Source of the DNA: Fibrobacterota bacterium
GTDB taxonomy: Bacteria > Fibrobacterota > Fibrobacteria > UBA11236
Assembly (NCBI GenBank): GCA_043753995.1
Contig: JAYUVP010000235.1
Span: 1 to 32,387, forward strand
Direction of reading: 5' to 3'
Length of the DNA stretch: 32,387 bases
Shown: positions 27,848 through 32,387 of the stretch, piece after piece
How positions within the stretch are numbered: the stretch's first letter is position 1
Layout of the letters: each line of letters opens with the position of its first letter
The notes under the pieces: generated by a model
Told to the model about the DNA's origin: nothing
Databases searched by the model: none
The model's input: the letters and a program-made list of their open reading frames with translations, nothing else
Made by a program: the position numbers and the translations under genes

Positions 27848-28112
27848 GGTATAAATTTAATCCTTAGCTTTTTTTTCAGTGAATATTGGATCTGTCCCAA
27901 TTAGAACAGGTGGCCCGCTGTCAATTCCATAGGCCTTGGAAGATAGGACTTATGGGGATGCGGTGGTGTCTGAGTAGGATGGGGTGAAACCCGCATTCGC
28001 GAAAACTGCTGTGGGTTATTGCGATAAGGACAAACAACTTTAGTCGAAGCCAATTAAGCTTTTTTATTTGCAATTATTTGGGCCGTACTTTTTCATAGTC
28101 CTAGATAAACAC

Positions 28113-29282
28113 TCAAAACGCTTCTTTGATATTGATGGCGGGTGCCACGCTACCGTCGACAAAGCCCACATCTATTCGAATATTCATGCGCTGCGCCGGA
28201 TTCATCGCATAGCGCACACCCAAGCCGAAAGCTTGTTTAAACCGATCGCCCGCTAATTCACCTAGGTCATGCGCCACTTGTCCCGCTTCGGCGAATACCG
28301 CCCAGCCCAGTCGGTTACGAATCCAATCCGCGCTGAGCCATGCCGCGTCGGGGAAGTAGCTCTTGTATTCGGCTTGCAGTAAAAGCAAATCACGGTCTCG
28401 ATATTTGCCGCGCACCATCCCGCGTAATTGATGATCGCCATCCGGAGTCGACAATTCGCGAAAAGGGACATTGCCGGTTTGCATTTTCATCGTGGCAGCA
28501 AGCCCCAAGGCTCCCGTGCTGAGAAGCGGGAAGAATTGTCGTACTTCGAGGCAATAACTGTCGTAGTCGAAATCGCTGCCCATCCCCTTCGCATGCCACA
28601 AATTCTGTGCCCGCAAATAGGAACCACGCCGAGTCCAATATATCTCGTCACGGCCATCATAAGTGAAAACCGCTCCTGCTCCGACGATGAGGCCGCCCTC
28701 TTCACCTGTTATACCTTCATTGAGCAAGCGCCCTTGGCTGCGATTCTCGATGTCCTCAGCATTGAATTCCAAATGCGGTCCCATGGAAATGCCCGGCCAA
28801 ATGGCCCGCTCCAACATGGCCTTGCCACTGAGGCCTTGGGCTAAATAGGGGTCGGCGTCTTCTTTGGGAATATTGCTGTCATTGCCAAGCCCGTAAAACT
28901 CGGCTGGCCAGCGGATATAGTTCAACTCGGCGGTGGCATGATAGCGATTCTCCGCCCAATACCATTCGGGGAAGAGATTGACCTGCACCTGCATTTTCTG
29001 CGAAACACGCGCGGCAAAGCCCAAGGTCGAGGATTTGTTTACCGTATCGCCAGGATTAAGAAAGCGCATCACCAAGCCCCCGACTTGCAATCCAGTCTCA
29101 GCCGTCGACATAACTATGGGCACCAAGGCCCAGCGCTGAGGTTCTGGGCTTGAGGCCTGAGCCACGGGGGGAGGTGTTGTTTTCGAAGCTTGAATTTGGG
29201 GATAAACTGGGCGAATCCACACCAAAGCGGCAGGAAGCAACCAGAGGCTTTTGAGGAAGAGACCCTTTTTCGGATTGTACAT
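28113..29282 (-). CDS. Omp85 (BamA/TamA) family beta-barrel without POTRA domains
   Basis: Likely ATG at 29282, signal peptide and Pro-rich linker. Motifs LVPIVMSTAETG, FYGLGN, YDGRD…RG, loop-6-like LRGMVRGKYRD, GLGVRY and C-terminal INIKEAF. Confidence 0.85.
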   Translation of the reverse strand: MYNPKKGLFLKSLWLLPAALVWIRPVYPQIQASKTTPPPVAQASSPEPQRWALVPIVMSTAETGLQVGGLVMRFLNPGDTVNKSSTLGFAARVSQKMQVQVNLFPEWYWAENRYHATAELNYIRWPAEFYGLGNDSNIPKEDADPYLAQGLSGKAMLERAIWPGISMGPHLEFNAEDIENRSQGRLLNEGITGEEGGLIVGAGAVFTYDGRDEIYWTRRGSYLRAQNLWHAKGMGSDFDYDSYCLEVRQFFPLLSTGALGLAATMKMQTGNVPFRELSTPDGDHQLRGMVRGKYRDRDLLLLQAEYKSYFPDAAWLSADWIRNRLGWAVFAEAGQVAHDLGELAGDRFKQAFGLGVRYAMNPAQRMNIRIDVGFVDGSVAPAINIKEAF

Positions 29283-29510
29283 AACCGTAAGACGAGGCCT
29301 AACCTTAATACGGTAACAGGCTCTCGGCACTTGGGATTTGAATACTAGAACGGGGCGAACGAGTTGATAGGGAGGGGGGAATTAGCGTAAAATGCGCGAG
29401 GATTTGCCTTTCCTCTACCCGGATATCGCTTATAATACGTTTGATAGTTTGCCAGGCCAAACCGGCCTCGGTCGGTTCTTTCCTTCCCATTTATGGAATA
29501 CAGGTAATCC

Positions 29511-31364
29511 ATGAGATCAATTAAAACCGGTGGCTTAGCGGCCGCCATAGTGGGCATCATGGCCCACCTAAGCTTCTCGCAGGCATGGACGACCGCCTAT
29601 ACGTCCGGCACGATGACGGGCGATTGCAAGGGCTTGTCGGCGAATTTGAGCTCGGAGTTCTCCGTGGCTCCCGTGGTCAGCAAGGCTCTCTTCGGCACCG
29701 TGTCTCCCTATCGCGTCGTCAAAATGGCCTTTTTCAAACAGCCCGCCGCCACGAATACCGACATTTATATCGCTGAAAAGGGAGTTTCCGGCGAAAGCGG
29801 TCGTGTCCTCTATTATAATGGCGCCAATGCTACCCTCACGGTCATTGGCACCACTACGGGTGTTAATTACGGCGGCGGCGGCGTCGAGGAGCAAGGCTTG
29901 GTGGGCATCGGCCTCAACCCAAAAACCTTCGCAACCGACAATTTCCTCTATCTGTTCTACACTGCAGGCGCCGGAAATGTCAGCTCGGCCACCGTTGGCT
30001 TCAAACTGACTCGTGTCACCGTGAACGCCACGACCAAGATGATTGACTTCAGCACCGAAAAAGTCCTGCTTCAAATTCCGGCGGCGACCACGGGTCGCTG
30101 GCATACCGGCGGTGGGATGCAATTCGACAATGACGGCAATCTTTATGTCTCCATCGGCGACAATGAGGCTATGGCCATGGGTCCGGCCAATACGGCCGAT
30201 TTACGCGGCAGCATCATACGCATCAAGCCCGATGCCTCCAGCCCCAAGGGTTATACCATTCCGACTGGCAATTTCGGCGAGTATTGGTCCAAGCAATTCG
30301 AGACTCAAGGCAAGGCCAGCCTAGCCGCCGAGTATAAAGACGAGACCAAGGTCAAGCCCGAGCTCTACGTCAAAGGCGTTCGCAATGTGTACTCCTATAG
30401 CGTGGATGCCAGGCGTCCAGGTTGGATTAGTTGGGCACAATGCGGACCGGATAAGTCTGGAGAGCGTGGCGAAACTTTTAGCCTTTCCACCAAGCCTGCT
30501 TTTGGGGGCTGGCCTTTTTGGGTCTTTAACAATGGCAAAACCAATCGTCAATCGGCCAGGGCCGCCAACTATGACGAGCCCGGCGAGCCGAGCGCTACAG
30601 ATTGGGCCAATTTCAATCCTACCAGCATGAGCCCCAGCATGCCGATCAATAACTGGTCGGGAAATAAAGGCGCCGACACCCTTCCCCCTTACCACACCCC
30701 TTTCCATGGCATGGAAAGCTCTTGCGCTGCAGGCGGACCAATCATCCGTTATGACGGCACAATCAACAATCCCGGTCAAATGCCCCCTCATCTTGACAAT
30801 ACCGTCCTGTTCGGGGATTACTCGGTGAGCAGTGGCACCAATGGCTTCTGGGGAATGAAGGTGAATCCATCGACAGGTGCCGTCACTGGCTCGCCGACCC
30901 AAGTCTTAACCATGGCTCGTGGCGCACGGCCCAGTCTTCTCAATTCCGTCGATTTCCAACAGGGCCCTGATGGAGCTCTTTATGTGATCGACTGGGGCGC
31001 TTCCTGCTGCAGCGCCAGCCCTCCCGCCAACTACAATGGCATTTCTCGCATCACTTATACAGGAACCTGCAAGGACCCTGGGCTCGTTCCGACGCCTGCG
31101 ACACCTAAGGTCTTGTATCGCGGATCCATGCCCTGGTTCCAAGTCAAATCCGGTCGCTTGATTCTCACCGACAATGGAAGTGGGCTCATCGAAAAAGGAG
31201 ACCATGCTATCAAGATCATGGATGTCAATGGCAAGGTCTTGCACACCCTCCAGGGACATGGCGTTTCCTCCTATGCCATGCCTCGATTGACCGCAGGGAG
31301 ACTGTATATCCTGCAAGCCGAAACTCCCCTCGGCATCGCGCAACGCACCTTCAATCCACTCTGA
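29511..31364 (+). CDS. Secreted PQQ-dependent sugar dehydrogenase (glucose/sorbosone dehydrogenase beta-propeller) with a T9SS-like C-terminal domain
   Basis: Signal peptide. Motifs EEQGLVGIGLNP, HTGGGMQFDNDGNLYVSIGDN, DLRGSIIRIKP, GVRN, GWPF and QGPDGALYVIDWG. Tail IKIMDVNGKVL…GRLYIL. Confidence 0.88.
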   Translation: MRSIKTGGLAAAIVGIMAHLSFSQAWTTAYTSGTMTGDCKGLSANLSSEFSVAPVVSKALFGTVSPYRVVKMAFFKQPAATNTDIYIAEKGVSGESGRVLYYNGANATLTVIGTTTGVNYGGGGVEEQGLVGIGLNPKTFATDNFLYLFYTAGAGNVSSATVGFKLTRVTVNATTKMIDFSTEKVLLQIPAATTGRWHTGGGMQFDNDGNLYVSIGDNEAMAMGPANTADLRGSIIRIKPDASSPKGYTIPTGNFGEYWSKQFETQGKASLAAEYKDETKVKPELYVKGVRNVYSYSVDARRPGWISWAQCGPDKSGERGETFSLSTKPAFGGWPFWVFNNGKTNRQSARAANYDEPGEPSATDWANFNPTSMSPSMPINNWSGNKGADTLPPYHTPFHGMESSCAAGGPIIRYDGTINNPGQMPPHLDNTVLFGDYSVSSGTNGFWGMKVNPSTGAVTGSPTQVLTMARGARPSLLNSVDFQQGPDGALYVIDWGASCCSASPPANYNGISRITYTGTCKDPGLVPTPATPKVLYRGSMPWFQVKSGRLILTDNGSGLIEKGDHAIKIMDVNGKVLHTLQGHGVSSYAMPRLTAGRLYILQAETPLGIAQRTFNPL

Positions 31365-31395
31365 TTTTCTAACCGAAATATTCCCATCGATACGC

Positions 31396-31429
31396 AACCG
31401 CGCTCGCCTCCAGGCGGGCGCGGTTTTTT
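31396..31429 (+). terminator. Rho-independent terminator between convergent genes
   Basis: Stem AACCGCGCTCGCC, loop TCCA, stem GGCGGGCGCGGTT (one G-U pair), followed by a T-run. Lies 31 nt after the dehydrogenase stop. Confidence 0.85.
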
Positions 31430-31434
31430 ATTGC

Positions 31435-32385
31435 TCACCCCCGAACCAACCCCTCCACCGCTACCGGCTCTATCCTCTCGCCCAGGAGACCTCGCACCTG
31501 AGCCTCCAGCTCGCGCGCCTTGGTGGCCGCGGGCATTGATTCGCCAATCGTTACTGATATCACACGGCGCGATGGCTTGGGCATGCGGGCCATGGCCGCT
31601 CCTCCCTGGCGGCTGAAAAAGCTGCCCCAAAGGCCTTGCATGGCTATGGGAATCACCGGCACCGGATCCTGAGCCAGGACGCGCTCGACACCAGGCTTGA
31701 AAGGATTGATCTTGCCGTCAAAGGTGATTTTGCCTTCGGGAAAAAGACCGACCAAATTGCCGTCGCGAAGCTGTTTGGAAATAAGGGTGAAGGCCTCTTC
31801 GAGGCGCTTGGGATCTTCCTTGGCGGGGGCAATGGGTATGGCCTTGGAGAGCTTGAACAACCAACCCAAGAGGGGGTGCTTGTACATGTTGTGGTCCATG
31901 ACAAAGCAAACGGGTCGGCGGCAAGCTGCCGTGATGATGAACCAGTCGATAAAGCTGATATGATTCGCCACCAGCACCGCCGCCCCCTGGCGCGGAATAT
32001 GGTCGCGTCCGGTATAGCGCAGTCGATAAATAGTGCTCGCAAGAATCCACACCACAAAGCGCATCACGAATTCGGGAATCAGCAAAAAGATATAGGCGCT
32101 CACCACGAGATTCAGGATGGCCGTGAAGAGCAAGATTTGCAAAGTGTTGAAGCCCACTTTGAATAAGACCATGGTGATGAGCGCCGAAGCCACCATGAAA
32201 CCAGCATTGAAAATATTGTTGGCGGCGATGACGCGCGAACGGCTTTCTTCGTCGGCGCGTGTTTGAATCAAGGCATAAAGCGGCACAATGAAAAGGCTGC
32301 CCGAGACGCCCATCATGCCCAAGTCGAACATGACCCGCCAAGCCAAGGAAGCATTCGCCCCCTGCAAGAAGGCCCCCACTCCCAT
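31435..32385 (-). CDS. MFS (LplT-like) transporter fused to a PlsC-type acyltransferase; partial, start lies beyond the window
   Basis: MFS motif FIVPLYALIQ…RSRVIAANNIFNA. Acyltransferase motifs NHISFID (HX4D) and LFPEGKIT. Confidence 0.9.
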   Translation of the reverse strand: MGVGAFLQGANASLAWRVMFDLGMMGVSGSLFIVPLYALIQTRADEESRSRVIAANNIFNAGFMVASALITMVLFKVGFNTLQILLFTAILNLVVSAYIFLLIPEFVMRFVVWILASTIYRLRYTGRDHIPRQGAAVLVANHISFIDWFIITAACRRPVCFVMDHNMYKHPLLGWLFKLSKAIPIAPAKEDPKRLEEAFTLISKQLRDGNLVGLFPEGKITFDGKINPFKPGVERVLAQDPVPVIPIAMQGLWGSFFSRQGGAAMARMPKPSRRVISVTIGESMPAATKARELEAQVRGLLGERIEPVAVEGLVRG

Positions 32386-32387
32386 GA

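Noticed and set aside
27909..27935. Minus-strand GGCCTA…TGACAGCGGGCCACC upstream of pelA resembles the 3' half of a c-di-GMP-I riboswitch
   Set aside because: The required 5' half (GGCAAA, GNRA-capped P2 hairpin, GACGCAAA) is not visible upstream. An Infernal search with the c-di-GMP-I model would be decisive.
1..32387. CRISPR arrays, tRNA/rRNA genes, transposases, integrases or defence systems
   Set aside because: No regularly spaced repeats, RNA-gene signatures or recombinase/nuclease motifs were seen, and almost all sequence is explained by CDSs.

Overview
Gene-dense, moderately GC-rich bacterial window. I found no rRNA, tRNA, CRISPR array or mobile element. The host is probably an FCB-group organism (Fibrobacterota-like); this is inferred only from T9SS-type C-terminal domains on three secreted enzymes. 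Left to right: (1) a minus-strand five-gene envelope operon encoding a LolD/MacB-like ATPase, two FtsX-type permeases, a LolA-fold periplasmic protein and a probable outer-membrane beta-barrel; (2) an AT-richer pair of tandem paralogous secreted TPR proteins with an unrecognised shared domain; (3) a GNAT, an Ig-SGNH esterase and a membrane-bound class III adenylate cyclase; (4) a complete ~14.7 kb minus-strand Pel exopolysaccharide operon (pelA-G); (5) a POTRA-less Omp85 barrel, a secreted GSDH/PQQ-type dehydrogenase and a partial MFS-acyltransferase. The most interesting system is the non-canonical Pel locus. PelB appears split into a membrane-anchored TPR gene and a separate signal-peptide-bearing TPR/beta-barrel gene. 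The operon also ends in an extra, translationally coupled, multi-domain PelA-like glycoside hydrolase with a T9SS-like export tail. All family calls come from motif recognition by eye, not database searches.
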